The position numbers and the translations under genes were made by a program. Of a DNA stretch of 64,000 nucleotides, positions 1 through 11,769 are shown piece after piece. How positions within the stretch are numbered: position 1 is the stretch's first letter; each line of letters starts with the position of its first letter. Location of the stretch: the NCBI RefSeq assembly GCF_964188315.1, contig NC_135667.1, positions 9,734,001-9,798,000 on the forward strand, written 5' to 3'. The DNA comes from Podarcis muralis. Its lineage: Eukaryota. Under the pieces are notes generated by a model, which had not been told where the DNA came from, searched no databases, and worked only from the letters and a program-made list of their open reading frames with translations.

Positions 1-186
1 GGTTATATATGTTGCCCAAGGACCCTTTTAGAAGATGGCAAAAATGTATCTTTGGATCTCTGTACATCAGTGGTGGGTAACTTTGGTAGGACCACACGTT
101 CGCTACCCTTGCTCTGTCTATAGGCACCACCCCTCTCCTTTGCCTGCTTAAGTGACGGTCTGCAATGCTTAAAAATGGGCCCATTT
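1..186 (+). repeat. End of a local duplicated block; direct copy at 13315-13502
   Basis: ggttatatatgttgcccaaggacccttttagaagatggc...aaaaatggg(c/t)ccatttt is near-identical at 1 and at 13315; similarity stops at about 186/13502. Confidence 0.9.
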
Positions 187-475
187 TCACAATAGGGTAT
201 TCCAACCAGAAGGCCCAGTTTTCACAAGAACGGAGGTCGCATGAGGGTTGCTAGTAAAACCTTTGCTGAGCTGCAATTCCCAGCACCCTTAGTAAACTGC
301 AGGTCCCAGAAATCTTTGGGGAAAGCCATGGTTTTTAAAGTGGTATAAGAGTGCATTAAATGTATGGTATAGGTGTGGCTAGGGACTTGTAACCACCCTG
401 GCAGAATATATGAACAGGGGCACAGGCTTCCTGCCTCAGACAGTTGTTGTGCTGACAAAGCTGCATAGCATTTCC
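187..475 (-). repeat. Paralogous OR 3' flank, inverted copy of about 32390-32680
   Basis: The reverse complement aligns with 32390-32680. Spurious ORFs 222..458(-) and 32380..32565(+) share LSEAGSLCPCSYILPGWLQ. Confidence 0.85.
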
Positions 476-812
476 TTATATTTGCTGCCCCCTAGTGGCA
501 CTTAAAGGGTTATTTAATAATTTAAACATAATTTCCACAAAAAGCTTAAGTTTTCTTAAAACAACCATACTGGGAGTAAGAGTGATTACCAGTATCCAGT
601 TATGTAGAACAGAGTTCTCTGTTGCTTGAAATTCAAGAGGCACACATGATATGCCAAGTTCATTGACTTTTGGAAACCAGTGATTATTTTAAAAGAAATT
701 GGTTTATTTGGGCTTCGGATATACCACAAAATGTTTCATGAGCCTATTTTAGTCAGTTCACGTTTCCCCTTCCTCCCGTTGTTTCAAACTCCAAGAACTT
801 AAAAACATGTTT

Positions 813-850
813 TCAGTCAAAAGCATATTTCAAAGCATCTTTCACCTGCT
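813..850 (-). pseudogene. Last codons of an OR pseudogene (QVKDALKYAFD*), separated from the rest by the L2 insertion
   Basis: Matches the QVQDALKNAF end of OR 8687-9649. Downstream flank at about 690-840 is homologous to 8600-8760. Confidence 0.8.
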
Positions 851-1055
851 CATCGGCTGGGTGAGGACTGCAGGGCCTGCTCCATTCCAGGGCCTTTCCC
901 AACTGGCCCAGGGGGCGTGGCCCAGGCCCTCTCTCCCAGCTATAAAGGGACTCCTGCTGCGGTGAGGCCTCGGACCATCGGCTGGGTGAGGACTGCAGGG
1001 CCTGCTCCCTTCCAGGGCCTTTTCCAACTGGCCCAGGGAGCGTGGCCCAGGCCCT
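851..1055 (+). repeat. Tandem 125-bp monomers at the L2 5' end (1.6 units)
   Basis: catcggctgggtgaggactgcagggcctgctcc... starts at 851 and again at 976. Confidence 0.9.
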
Positions 1056-1415
1056 TATTTGGAACAAACTTTTTGGGAAGGGTGGGAAGTGTTCTGCCAT
1101 TGCTTCCCTGTTCCAGGTGGTTAATGTGCTTTAAAATGTCCTCAAGCAGTCGGTGGCAATTTAAATTTTTAATTTCTTTTTTTCCTTTTTTCCTTTGTTG
1201 GGGGTGAGTGGGATGGATATTTGGTTGGGGATTAATTTTAGTATAATTGTTCAGTTCCTTTTTTGTTGTTGTTGTTGTTTTATTGGTTCTGTATAGTTTG
1301 TGTTTTGTTTTTAAGGGGCGGGATCAGGGCTGCCTGGGAGTGGGGCCCCAGCCAACACGATGGCTGGGACAGGTTCCACGGGGGGGAAGCACTGGGACAT
1401 CCGATCTCGGTGATC

Positions 1416-2378
1416 ATGGGCAGGAGGCGGAGTTACGCTAAGACCAGACCATGTCATTACCAAGGAGGCAGGTTTAGTCATTGTTTGAAGACTATCCCTG
1501 CCTCCGGGTCTGGCCTTGACCGGATGGATACTGGAATCAACAGGGGAAACCTACATGACCTGAAGGTGTTGCTGTGTAATGCCAGGTCAATGATGAATAA
1601 AACCACTGCCATCCACGACCTGATTGTGGATGGAGGATTTGACCTGGCATGTGTGACAGAGACCTGGTTGGAGGAAGCAGATGGGCCTGTCCTTGCCGCT
1701 GCTTGCCCACCAGGTTTCTCTTACGCACAACAACCCAGGTCATGTGGGCGGGAGGTTGCAGTGATTTTTAGGAAGTCACTAGCTTGCACCAGGCGTCCTA
1801 CTGGGAAGATCCAGTTTTCTGAGTGCATGTTCTGGAAGTTGGGCAATAGGGGCAGTACAGGATTCCTTTTGGTATACCGACCTCCCCGCTGCACCAAGGA
1901 TTCCCTGTCTGAGCTGCTTCAGGTCGTGGCGGATTTTCTCCTGGAGACACCTAGTTTGGTTGTCCTAGGGGATTTTAACATCCATGCCGACACGACCTTA
2001 CAAGGGGCTGCTCGGGACTTCGTGGAAAGCATGGCCTCCATGGGGCTGTCCCTGAATAAGTTTGGCCCAACTCATAGTCATGGACATGCCTTAGACCTGG
2101 TGTTCACCTCTAGTGATGTGGGTGATCTGACACTAAGTAAAAGTGAAACAAAAGAAGTGCCATGGTCAGATCACTTCCTGGTGCAACTGGACTTCTCCGC
2201 GACCCTTCCCCTCTGCAGGGAGGTGGGACCAATTCAGATGGTCCGCCCCCGCCACTTAATGGATCCAAATGGTTTCCAGAGAGTGGTAGGGGATGCTTTA
2301 TCCCATGTTGATGGCCTTTCAGCTGAGTCCCTGGTGGCCCACTGGAATGCGGAGTTAACCAGGGCTATCGACTGTCTG
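1416..2378 (+). CDS. L2 ORF2 N-terminal apurinic-type endonuclease domain (cut by BovB)
   Basis: Motifs LCNARSM, CVTETW, LVYRPP, GDFNIH, GHALDLVF, WSDHFLV. First in-frame ATG is at 1416. Confidence 0.9.
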
Positions 2379-5300
2379 CCCCTTCATGGATCACTGCCTT
2401 GTCGTGGCGAAGGGGCTTGAATAACTCAGAGAAGCTATGAACTATGCCGAGCAGGGCACCCAAGATGAACAGGTCATAGTGGAGAGTTTTGACCAAATGT
2501 GATCCACCTGGAGGAGGAACCGGCAAGCCACTCCAGTATCCCTGCCAAGAAAACTCCATGGACAAAGACAACAGGCATATAAAAGTTATGATGCTGGAAG
2601 ATGAGCCCCTCAGGTCGGAAGGCACCCAACATGCTACTGGGGAAGAGCGGAGGACAAGTACAAGTAGATCCAGAGCTGATGAAGCGGCTGGGCCAAAGCC
2701 GAAAGGACGCTCAGTTGCAGATATGCATGGAAGTGAAAGGAAAGTCCAATGCTGTAAAGAAAAATATTGCATAGGAACCTGGAATGTAAGAACCATGAAT
2801 CTGGGTAAGTTGGATGTGGTCAAAAATGAGATGGCAAGAATAAATATTGACATCCTGGGAATCAGTGAACTGAAATGGACGGGAATGGGCGAATTCAGTT
2901 CGGATGACTATCATATCTACTACTGTGGGCAAGAAACCCATAAAAGAAATGGAGTGGCCCTCATAGTCAACAAAAGAGTGGCGAAAGCTGTACTGGGATG
3001 CAATCTCAAAAATGATAGAATGATCTGGATACGAATCCAAGGCAGACCTTTTAACATCACAGTAATCCAAGTTTATGCACCAACCACTGGTGCTGAAGAA
3101 ACTGAAATTGACCAATTCTATGAAGACTTACAAGACCTTATAGAAGTGACACCAAAGAAGGATGTTCTTCTCATTATAGGGGATGCTAAAGTAGGGAATC
3201 AAGAGATAAAAGGAACAACTGGCAAGTTTGGCCTTGGAGATCAAAACGAAGCAGGGCAAAGGCTAATAGAGTTCTGTCAAGAAAACAAGCTGGTCATCAC
3301 AAACACGCTTTTCCAACAACATAAGAGACGACTCTACACATGGACATCACCAGATGGGCAACATCGAAATCAAATTGATTATATTCTCTGCAGCCAAAGA
3401 TGGAGAAGCTCTATAAGGTCAGCAAAAACAAGACCTGGAGCTGACTGTGGCTCAGATCATCAGCTTCTTATAGCAAAATTCAAGCTTAAACTGAAGAAAG
3501 TAGGAAAAACCACTGGGCCGGTAAGATACAATCTAAACCAAATCCCTTATGAATACACAGTGGAAGTGAGGAACAGGTTTAAGGATTTAGATTTGCTGGA
3601 CAGAGTGCCTGAAGAACTATGGGTGGAGGCTCGCAACATTATACAGGAGGCAGCAACTAAAACCATCCCAATGAAAAAGAAATGCAAGAAAGCAAAGTGG
3701 CTGTCCAACGAGGCCTTACAAATAGCGGGGGAGAGAAGGCAAGCAAAATGCGAGGGAGATAGTGAAAGATACAGGAAATTGAATGCAGATTTCCAAAGAA
3801 TAGCAAGGAGAGACAAGAAGGCCTTCTTAAACGAGCAATGCAAAGAAATAGAGGAAAACAACAGAATGGGAAGAACCAGAGATCTGTTCAAGAAAATTGG
3901 AAATATGAAAGGAACATTTCGTAAAAAGATTACCATAATAAAGGACAAAAGTGGTAAGGACCTAACAGAAGCAGAAGACATCAAGAAGAGGTGGCAAGAA
4001 TACACACAGGAATTATACCAGAAAGATATGGATGTCTCATACACCCCAGGTAGTGTGATTGCTGACTTTGAGCCAGACATCCTGGAGAGTGCAGTCAAAT
4101 GGGCCTTAGAAAGCACTGCAGATAACAAGGCCAGTGGAAGTGATGGTATTCCAGCTGAACTATTTAAAATTTTAAAAGATGATGCTGTTAAGGTGCTACA
4201 CTCAATATGCCAGCAAGTTTGGAAAACTCAGCAGTGGCCAGAGGATTGGAGAAGATCAGTCTACATCCGAATCCCAAAGAAGGGCAGTGCCAAAGAATGC
4301 TCCAACTACCGCACAATTGCGCTCATTTCACACGCTAGCAAGGTTGTGCTTAAAATTCTACAAGGAAGGCTCAAGCAGTATGTGGACCGAGAACTCCCAG
4401 AAGTGCAAGCTGGATTTAGAAGAGGCAGAGGAACCAGAGACCAAATTGCAAACATGCGCTGGATTATGGAGAAAGCTAGAGAGTTCCAGAAAGACATCTA
4501 CTTCTGCTTCATTGACTATGCAAAAGCCTTTGACTGTGTCGACCACAGCAAACTATGGCAAGTTCTTAAAGAAATGGGAGTGCCTGATCACCTCATCGGT
4601 CTCCTGAGAAATCTCTATGTGGGACAAGAAGCTACAGTTAGAACTGGATATGGAACAACTGATTGGTTCAAATTGGGAAAGGAGTACGACAAGGCTGTAT
4701 AATGTCTCCCTGCTTATTTAACTTATATGCAGAATTCATCATGCGAAAGGCTGGGCTGGATGAATCCGAAGCCGGAATTAAGATTGCCAGAAGAAATATC
4801 AACAACCTCAGATATGCAGATGACACAACCTTGATGGCAGAAAGTGAGGAGGAATTAAAGAACCTTTTATTGAGGGTGAAAGAGGAGAGCGCAAAATATG
4901 GTCTGAAGCTCAACATCAAAAAAACGAAGATCATGGCCACTGGTCCCATCACCTCCTGGCAAATAGAAGGGGAAGAAATGGAGGCAGTAAGAGATTTTAC
5001 TTTCTTGGGCTCCATGATCACTGCAGATGGTGACAGCAGTCACGAAATTAAAAGATGCCTGCTTCTTGGGAGAAAAGCAATGACAAACCTAGACAGCATC
5101 TTAAAAAGTAGAGACAAAGGTCCGTATAGTTAAAGCTATGGTTTTCCCAGTAGTGATGTATGGAAGTGAGAGCTGGACTATAAAGAAGGCTGATCGCCGA
5201 AGAATTGATGCTTTTGAATTATGGTGCTGGAGGAGACTCTTGAGAGTCCCATGGACTGCAAGAAGATCAAACGTATCCATTCTTAAGGAAATCAGCCCTG

Positions 5301-5578
5301 AGTGCTCACTGGAAGGACAGATCGTGAAGCTGAGGCTCCAATACTTTGGCCACCTCATGAGAAGAGAAGACTCCCTGGAAAAGACCCTGATGTTGGGGAA
5401 GATGGAGGGCACAAGGAGAAGGGTACGACAGAGGATGAGATGGTTGGATGGTGTTCTTGAAGCTACCAGCATGAGTTTGATCAAACTGCGGGAGGCGGTG
5501 GGGGACAGAAGTGCCTGGAGTGCTCTGGTCCATGGGGTCACGAAGAGTCGGACACGACTAAACAACTAAACAACAACA
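2379..5578 (+). mobile_element. Near full-length BovB (RTE clade) LINE
   Basis: BovB-like 5' region and 3' end (gtccatggggtcacgaagagtcggacacgactaaac) with an (AAC)n tail. 12-bp TSD atcgactgtctg at 2367-2378 and 5579-5590. Confidence 0.97.
2489..5569 (+). pseudogene. BovB endonuclease-RT ORF with two frameshifts (pieces 2489-4702, 4663-5133, 5138-5569)
   Basis: Motifs IGTWNVRTM, GISELKW, NQIDYIL, GSDHQLL, NYRTIALISH, QAGFRRGRGT, CFIDYAKAFD, GVRQGC, LRYADD, FELWCWRR. Frameshifts near 4670 and 5115. Confidence 0.93.
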
Positions 5579-5590
5579 ATCGACTGTCTG

Positions 5591-7523
5591 GCTCCGAAGT
5601 GCCCTCTCCGATTGCATGGAGCCCGGACAGCCCCATGGTTTTCTTCGGAGCTGAGGGCGATGAAACAATCGCTGAGACGGCTAGAGCATCGGTGGCAAAA
5701 AACTCACTCCGAATCTGACCGGACACAGGATAGAGCTCAACGTCGAGCCTACCAAGTGGCGATAGCGACGGCGAAGAAGACTTTCTTCACCGCCTCTATT
5801 GCATCTGCAGAAAATAGTAGCAGGAGACTCTTTCAGGTGGTTCACAATTTAACGGAACCACCTTTACCACCGGGGCCTTGTAAAGACCCCAAGATCTCCT
5901 GCAACGATTTTGCAAAGTTTTTTGCAGATAAAATCACTCATATTCGGAAGGAGCTAGACACCACCGTGGGAACAGGGCTGGGGCGGGAGAGTGCTAGACC
6001 TCTGTCTGGTCAAGTTGCATGGAATCAATTTCAATCCGTTACCCCCCGAGGATGTGGACAGGCTGCTTGGACGCGTGAAACCAACCACCTGTCTCCTTGA
6101 TCCTTGCCCATCCTGGCTAATAAAAGCAAGCCGGGAAGGGCTGGGCGATGGTCTCTGCGGGGTGGTGAATGCTTCCCTCTGTGAGGGAACATTCCCAGAT
6201 CCGCTGAAAGAGGTGGTCATTAAACTGCTTCTTAAAAAACCATCTTTAGACCCGGCCAGTATGGCCAACTATCGCCCAGTCTCAAATCTTCCATTCTTGG
6301 GCAAGGTGATTGAGCGTGTGGTTGCTGAACAACTCCAGGCACGCCTGGAGGATGCGGATCATTTGGATCCCTTCCAATTGGGATTCAGGCCTCATCATGG
6401 GACTGAAACTGCCTTGGTCGCGCTGGTTGATGATGTCCGGCGAGCTAGGGACAAAGGTGAGAGTTGTTTCCTAGTTCTGCTGGATCTCTCAGCAGCCTTT
6501 CATACAATCGACCATAACATCCTTCTGGACCGTCTAGAGGGGCTGGGAGCTGGGGGCACTGTTATACAGTGGTTTCGCTCCTTCCTCCTGGGCCGTGTTC
6601 AGAAAGTGGTGGTGGTGGATGAGTGTTCAGACTCCTGGGCCCTCACTTGTGGGGTGCCTCAGGGTTCCGTCCTCTCCCACATGCTTTTTAACATCTATAT
6701 GAAGCCGCTGGGAGAGATCATCAGGGGGTTTGGACTGGGTGTCCATCAATATGCAGATGATACCCAGCTCTACCTCTCTTTTAAATCAGAACCAGTGAAG
6801 GCGGTGAAGGTCCTGTGTGAGTGCCTGGAGACGGTTGGAGGATGGATGGCGGCTAATGGATTGAGGTTGAATCCTGACAAGACAGAAGTACTGTTTTTGG
6901 GGGACAGGGGGCGGGCTGGTGTGGAGGACTCCCTGGTCCTGAATAGGGTAACTGTGCCCCTGAAGGACTAGGTGCGCAGCCTGGGAGTCATTTTGGACTC
7001 ACAGCTGTCCATGGAGGCGCAGGTCAATTCTGTATCCAGGGCATCTGTCTACCAACTCCACCTGGTACGCAGGCTGAGACCCTACCTGCCCGCAGACTGT
7101 CTCGCCAGAGTGGTGCATGCTCTGGTCTCCCGCTTGGACTACTGCAATGCGCTCGACGTGGGGCTACCTTTGAAGGTGACTCGGAAACTACAACTAATCC
7201 AGAATGCGGCAGCTAGACTGGTGACTGGGGGCAGCCGCCGAGACCACATAACACCGGTCTTGAAAGACCCACATTGGCTCCCAGTACGTTTCCAAGCACA
7301 ATTCAAAGTGCTGGTGTTGACCTTTAAAGCCCTAAACGGCCTCGGCCCAGTATACCTGAAGGAGCGTCTCCACCCCCATCGTTCTGAGGTCCAGCACCGA
7401 GGGTCTTCTGGCGGTTCCCTCATTGCGAGAAGCAAAGCTACAGGGAACCAGGCAGAGGGCCTTCTTGGTAGTGGCGCCTGCCCTGTGGAACGCCCTCCCA
7501 TCAGATGTCAAAGCGATAAATAA
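5591..7523 (+). pseudogene. L2 ORF2 reverse transcriptase region (frameshift at 6042-6047, TAG at 6969-6971)
   Basis: Motifs NYRPVSNLPFLGK, GFRPHHGTETAL, LDLSAAF, GVPQGSVL, YADDTQLY, LNPDKTE, SRLDYCN, QNAAARL, HWLPV. It resumes in frame with the 1416 ORF once BovB and one TSD copy are removed. Confidence 0.93.
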
Positions 7524-7680
7524 CTACCTGACATTCAGAAGACATCTTAAGGCAGCCCTGTTCAGGGAAGTTTTTAATCTGTGATATTTTAGTGTATTTT
7601 TGGTTTCTATAGAAGCCGCCCAGAGTGGCTGGGGAAACCCAGCCAGATGGGCGGGGTACAAATAATAAATTATTATTATT

Positions 7681-7815
7681 ACTTGTTCCACAAAGCTGTA
7701 CACAGAAGTGGTCATAAGAGGACAACCACATTGTTGAGAATGGCCACAGCCTTATTGAATGGCTGTACTGCTCTGGTTTCATGTACATAGAGATGCAGCT
7801 TCCATCGGCGCAAAG
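7681..7815 (-). pseudogene. TM6-TM7 fragment of the same OR pseudogene (GSCISMYMKPEQ...KAVAILNNVV.PLMTTSVYSFVEQ)
   Basis: Frameshifted match to YGSCISMYIIPE...NKVVAILNNVVCPLMTPFVYSLRNR of OR 8687-9649. It abuts the L2 tail. Confidence 0.8.
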
Positions 7816-7944
7816 TGTTGTGGTGAATGCTTCCTACCATGAATGGCCACATATGTTCCAGGTTGGCTTTCTCTAGATTTCCAGCCCTGGATGCAGATTT
7901 GGCCTAAAAGGCCTCAAACCAGGTTTTACTATATATAAATAATA

Positions 7945-8400
7945 TGAATAATTTTTTATTTGTATCCCCCCCCCCCGGCCAAAGCTGGGCTCAGAGCAGC
8001 TAACAAGAAGTAAAAATAGTACAGTGTACATAAAATCACAGTCAATTAATTAAAATACATTCTTAAATGAGTTCAGAATCAAATTAATGGCAACCATTGG
8101 GTTAGAGTTCTATGCAGATTACAGAAGGAGAGAGGGAGTTAGACTGTGCCTTGGCCAAAGGCCTGGCGGTACAGCTCCGTCTTGCAGGCCCTGCAGAAAG
8201 ATGTCAAGTCTCTTGTGAGAGAGCATTCCACCAGATATGGGCCACGGCCGTAAAAGCCCTGGCTCTGGTCAAGGCCAGCCTAACCTCCCTGTGGCCCGGG
8301 ATCTCCAAGATGTTTTTATTTGATGACTGAAAGGTCCTCTGTGGGACATACCAGGAGAGGTGGTCCCGTAGGTACGAGAGTCCTTGTCAGCCAAAGTTCA
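7945..8400 (-). mobile_element. 5'-truncated L2 3' fragment of a different subfamily
   Basis: Reverse strand reads ...gcagggcctgcaagacggagctgtaccgccaggcctttgg... (L2 ORF2 end, KTEL.RQAFG) followed by an L2-type 3' UTR and tail. Confidence 0.6.
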
Positions 8401-8686
8401 TCAAAACTCTGGCACCTCTCAGGTGGGCACCATTGCCAATATAAGAGAGCAAGGGAGAGGTTCATGGTGAGTTCTGGCATCTCTTTTTATAGAAAAATAA
8501 TACTGCCTAAAACTATGATTCTATAATTTTCTGACTATGAAATAAGAATCTGGTTATAATTCAGAGGTTTTCCACACCAATGAAGGCCTTTGTTTTAACG
8601 AGAAAACTATTTATTTGGGCTTCTGAAACTCCATAAGAAGTATCATGGGTCTATTTTAACCAGTTCATAACTCCCCCTTCCTTCTA

Positions 8687-9649
8687 TCATTTCAAACTGC
8701 ATGCGTTTCTCTGCATTTTATTAAATACATGCTTGCAGGCAAAAGCATTTTTCAAAGCATCTTGGACCTGCCTGTTCCTCAGGCTGTATACAAAGGGGGT
8801 CATTAGAGGACAAACCACATTGTTAAGAATGGCCACAACTTTGTTGAAGTTTTGCCCACCATCTCGCTCAGGTATGATGTACATAGAGATGCAGCTTCCA
8901 TAGGCAACAGTGACAATGGTGACGTGGGAAGCACAGGTGGAAAAGGCCTTCTGCCTCCCTGAAGCACTTGGGATGTGGAGAACAGTTGAGATTATATTGA
9001 CATAGGACACAACAGTGATAGCGAAAGTCCCCAGTACTGTAAACACCGAAATAATAAAGTCGGAGAGCTCCAAGAAATGTGTGTCACCACAGAGAAGATG
9101 GAGTAATGGTTGGCTGTCGCAGAAGAAATGGTCAATGATGTTTGAACCACAAAAAGGAAATTGAATGAATAGCAAAGTTTGAGCCAAAATCACAGCAAGC
9201 GACCCAATCCAAGAGAACAGCACCAAAAGTGTGCAGAACTTCTCGTTCATGATGGTGGTGTACCTTAGGGGGTTGCAGATGGCCATATATCGGTCAAAGG
9301 ACATCACAGTCAGCAGGAAGAAATCTGTGGTGCCCAGGAAGAAATAGAAAAAGAATTGACTTATACATCCAGCATACGAGATTGTTTTCCTGCCAGATGC
9401 AAGGTTGAACAACGCCTTTGGGATGGCAGCAGTGGTGTATCCAATCTCCAAGATGGCATAATTCCGTAGGAAGAAATACATGGGTGTCCTGAGGCGGAAA
9501 TCCAGGAGAGTGATGGTGATAATCATCATGTTTCCCGTTACAGCCATCAGGTACATGATTAAGAAAAGGACAAAGAAAAATATCTCTAGTTTGGCGTTCT
9601 CAGTGAATCCCAGCAGTAAAAACTCATTGATCTTTGTTTGGTTCTCCAT
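8687..9649 (-). CDS. Olfactory receptor, family-6-like, 320 aa (MENQTKINEF...)
   Basis: Motifs LRTPMYFFL, MSFDRYMAICNPLRY, DHFFCD, KAFSTCASH, PFVYSLRN and sequon NQT. The ATG follows a ttttgccagcag acceptor. Confidence 0.95.
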   Translation of the reverse strand: MENQTKINEFLLLGFTENAKLEIFFFVLFLIMYLMAVTGNMMIITITLLDFRLRTPMYFFLRNYAILEIGYTTAAIPKALFNLASGRKTISYAGCISQFFFYFFLGTTDFFLLTVMSFDRYMAICNPLRYTTIMNEKFCTLLVLFSWIGSLAVILAQTLLFIQFPFCGSNIIDHFFCDSQPLLHLLCGDTHFLELSDFIISVFTVLGTFAITVVSYVNIISTVLHIPSASGRQKAFSTCASHVTIVTVAYGSCISMYIIPERDGGQNFNKVVAILNNVVCPLMTPFVYSLRNRQVQDALKNAFACKHVFNKMQRNACSLK

Positions 9650-9809
9650 AAAGTCTTGACTTTCATGAGTTATCTGCTGGCAAAAGATGAGCATAGATAA
9701 GAATCATCATCCTCCTCATCATCATTATGAAGTTAAGCCAAGCCTGCCTGGATCAGACCAGGGAAGCATATAGTTCAGCCTCCTGTTTCATACATTGACT
9801 CAGAATCGG

Positions 9810-9950
9810 AGTCATAGAATCATGGTTGAAAGGGACCACAAGGGTCATTTAGTCAAAACACCTGCAATGCAAAAATCTTTTTGCCCAGTGTGGGACTTGA
9901 ACCCAAGACCCTAAGATTAAGAGTCTCATGCTCTTCCAGCTGAGCTAAAT
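9810..9950 (-). mobile_element. tRNA-Lys(CTT)-headed SINE with a CR1-like 3' tail
   Basis: tagctcagctggaagagcatgagactcttaatcttagggtcttgggttcaagtcccacactgggc, followed by gacccttgtggtccctttcaaccatgattctatga. Confidence 0.8.
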
Positions 9951-10874
9951 AATCTGTGGAAATTCACACAACTGGATTCAACTGACCATACCTGCAAAGA
10001 TAGAGGGAAAATGTCCATTTACAAGTGCCATTTTTATCCAAAGCACACATGCAAAGAGTCAAGCACACATGCAAACACTGAACTGATCCCTTGCAAAGTC
10101 CTTGTCTGACAACATATCTGAAAAGAAATTAATTGGGACCACCGATATTTATTGGTAATTGACATTCACACAAATGGTTAGTACTTCCACTTAATGAAGA
10201 CTTAATAACAGTGTTTGTGGGATAGTGTGCGAGGAAGACAGTTACTGAATTTGCACATCACCAGGGTTGGTCCTAACTTATGCTGAGTGAGGCAGTTACG
10301 TACCTTATGGAACAGAAGATGAACTGTATTACTGCAATGTTGAGGACAGAGTTGTGGACACCACAAGCCCTGCCATATAATCCTTCAGCTAAAGTTTGGT
10401 AGAGGACTTCACTGTGTCACCAGTGTTGACGTAAGAGTCAGCTGCCACAGTATAGGCAGTTTCTGTAGCTGGAGGGAAGGTGATATCATGCCCTTTGCCT
10501 CAGGCTCTGTAATACCTCATCACACCATGTCCATTGTATTGTGACTGCCTCTGCCCTGAAAGAGAGTCTGACTTCACTGTGACAATGGTTGGATTACCAA
10601 AATCACAATATGAGCCAATGGGATTGTGGCAGGAAATTGCCACATCAGCTTTGCTAACCATCACGGAGCTCAGATCAGAAAATTAACATGTACGGCATTT
10701 GTGGCTTGAAGTCAGAGTACATAGAACCTTCTTGCCCAAAATGGCTGTGAGAGAGCTCTAAGATTTCAAAAGGTGTGTAATTGGAGTCCAGCCACAGTGC
10801 CTAAAGGAACACAGGTGGAAGGGAGGGAATACTATGAATATAATGGCAAAAGTGGTCAAATTCTGCTATAAATA

Positions 10875-10880
10875 ATAGTA

Positions 10881-10915
<35 letters not shown>

Positions 10916-11065
10916 ATGATGATGATGATGATGATGATGATAAATATATTTATACAACACCCATCTGGCTGCGTTTCCCCAGTCACTCTGGGCCACTTAC
11001 AGCATATATAAAAATTGTAAAACATCAGACATTTCCTGATTCAGGGCTGCTTTCAGCTGCCTTCC
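10875..11065 (-). mobile_element. Short L2 3' end with an expanded (ATC)n(CTA)n microsatellite tail
   Basis: Reverse complement of the same L2 terminus seen at 7600-7660. (tag)n(gat)n lies at about 10878-10940. Confidence 0.75.
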
Positions 11066-11769
11066 TTCAAAAGAGTATTTCCCCTTCAATCTGAGGGTGT
11101 TTTTTTTTGGGGGGGGGGGTGGGAGGAGTATTATAGATGAACTGTATGTAATTGAAATATGAACAAGCAGATCTATTGATTTTGGCTTAGATCTCATTCA
11201 CATGCCTTAATTCTGTTTCTACATCTATTTGATCCTTTAAAAATAATAGTCCTGCCAAACAGATAAACACAGATATATAGATATGCTCTCACACACTGAT
11301 AAATCCCTTTTTATGCAGTTAAATGTGTGTATTCCTGATATTTATACAGGGCTGGACACATACCTGTTCATGAGATCAGTTGTCCCCCAGAAATGGCAGG
11401 ATTTATGAGTGACTTTTTAGGGTAGGTAAAGGCATGTTGGGTGGGTGGCAGGTTTATCATTCCATTCCAAATTGCTAAGGATTTCTGCCATAATTTTTTT
11501 TTCTTTGGGGGGGCGGGGGTTGTAAAAGAAATAAGTTGAAAGGGGAGAGAGGAAATTTTTAGCCACCACTCTGCTTTCTGGGTGCTGCTGCACTCAGGTC
11601 CTACATACAGCTTTCCTGTAGGCATATAACAGGTTGTAGGTTGCCTTGATATTGCCAGTTGGAAGATGGGATCTATATTTTTGTACCAAAGGAAAGGGCC
11701 CTCAACCTACTACAAACATTGCTGTCACTAATTCACCACCCTACAGCCTCCCTAATTTGTCAGCCACTT

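Larger units (their letters stand above)
851..7680 (+). mobile_element. Near full-length L2-clade LINE, interrupted by BovB
   Basis: APE endonuclease and RT domains in order, an L2-type 3' end (gaagccgcccagagtggctggggaaacccagccagatgggcggggt) and an (AAT/TTA)n tail. No long TSD. Confidence 0.9.

Noticed and set aside
2365-5565. Long minus-strand ORFs (2365-2853, 3547-4128, 4668-5021, 5101-5565)
   Set aside because: Antisense shadows of the BovB ORF with no independent motifs.
9650-9694. 15-aa N-terminal extension of the 335-aa ORF
   Set aside because: It starts at a non-ATG codon and crosses the splice acceptor; the paralogue starts at the equivalent ATG.
9880-9950. Possible tRNA-Lys gene (also 45254-45330)
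   Set aside because: Stem mismatches and continuation into a SINE body or CR1-like tail; these are SINE heads, not tRNA genes.
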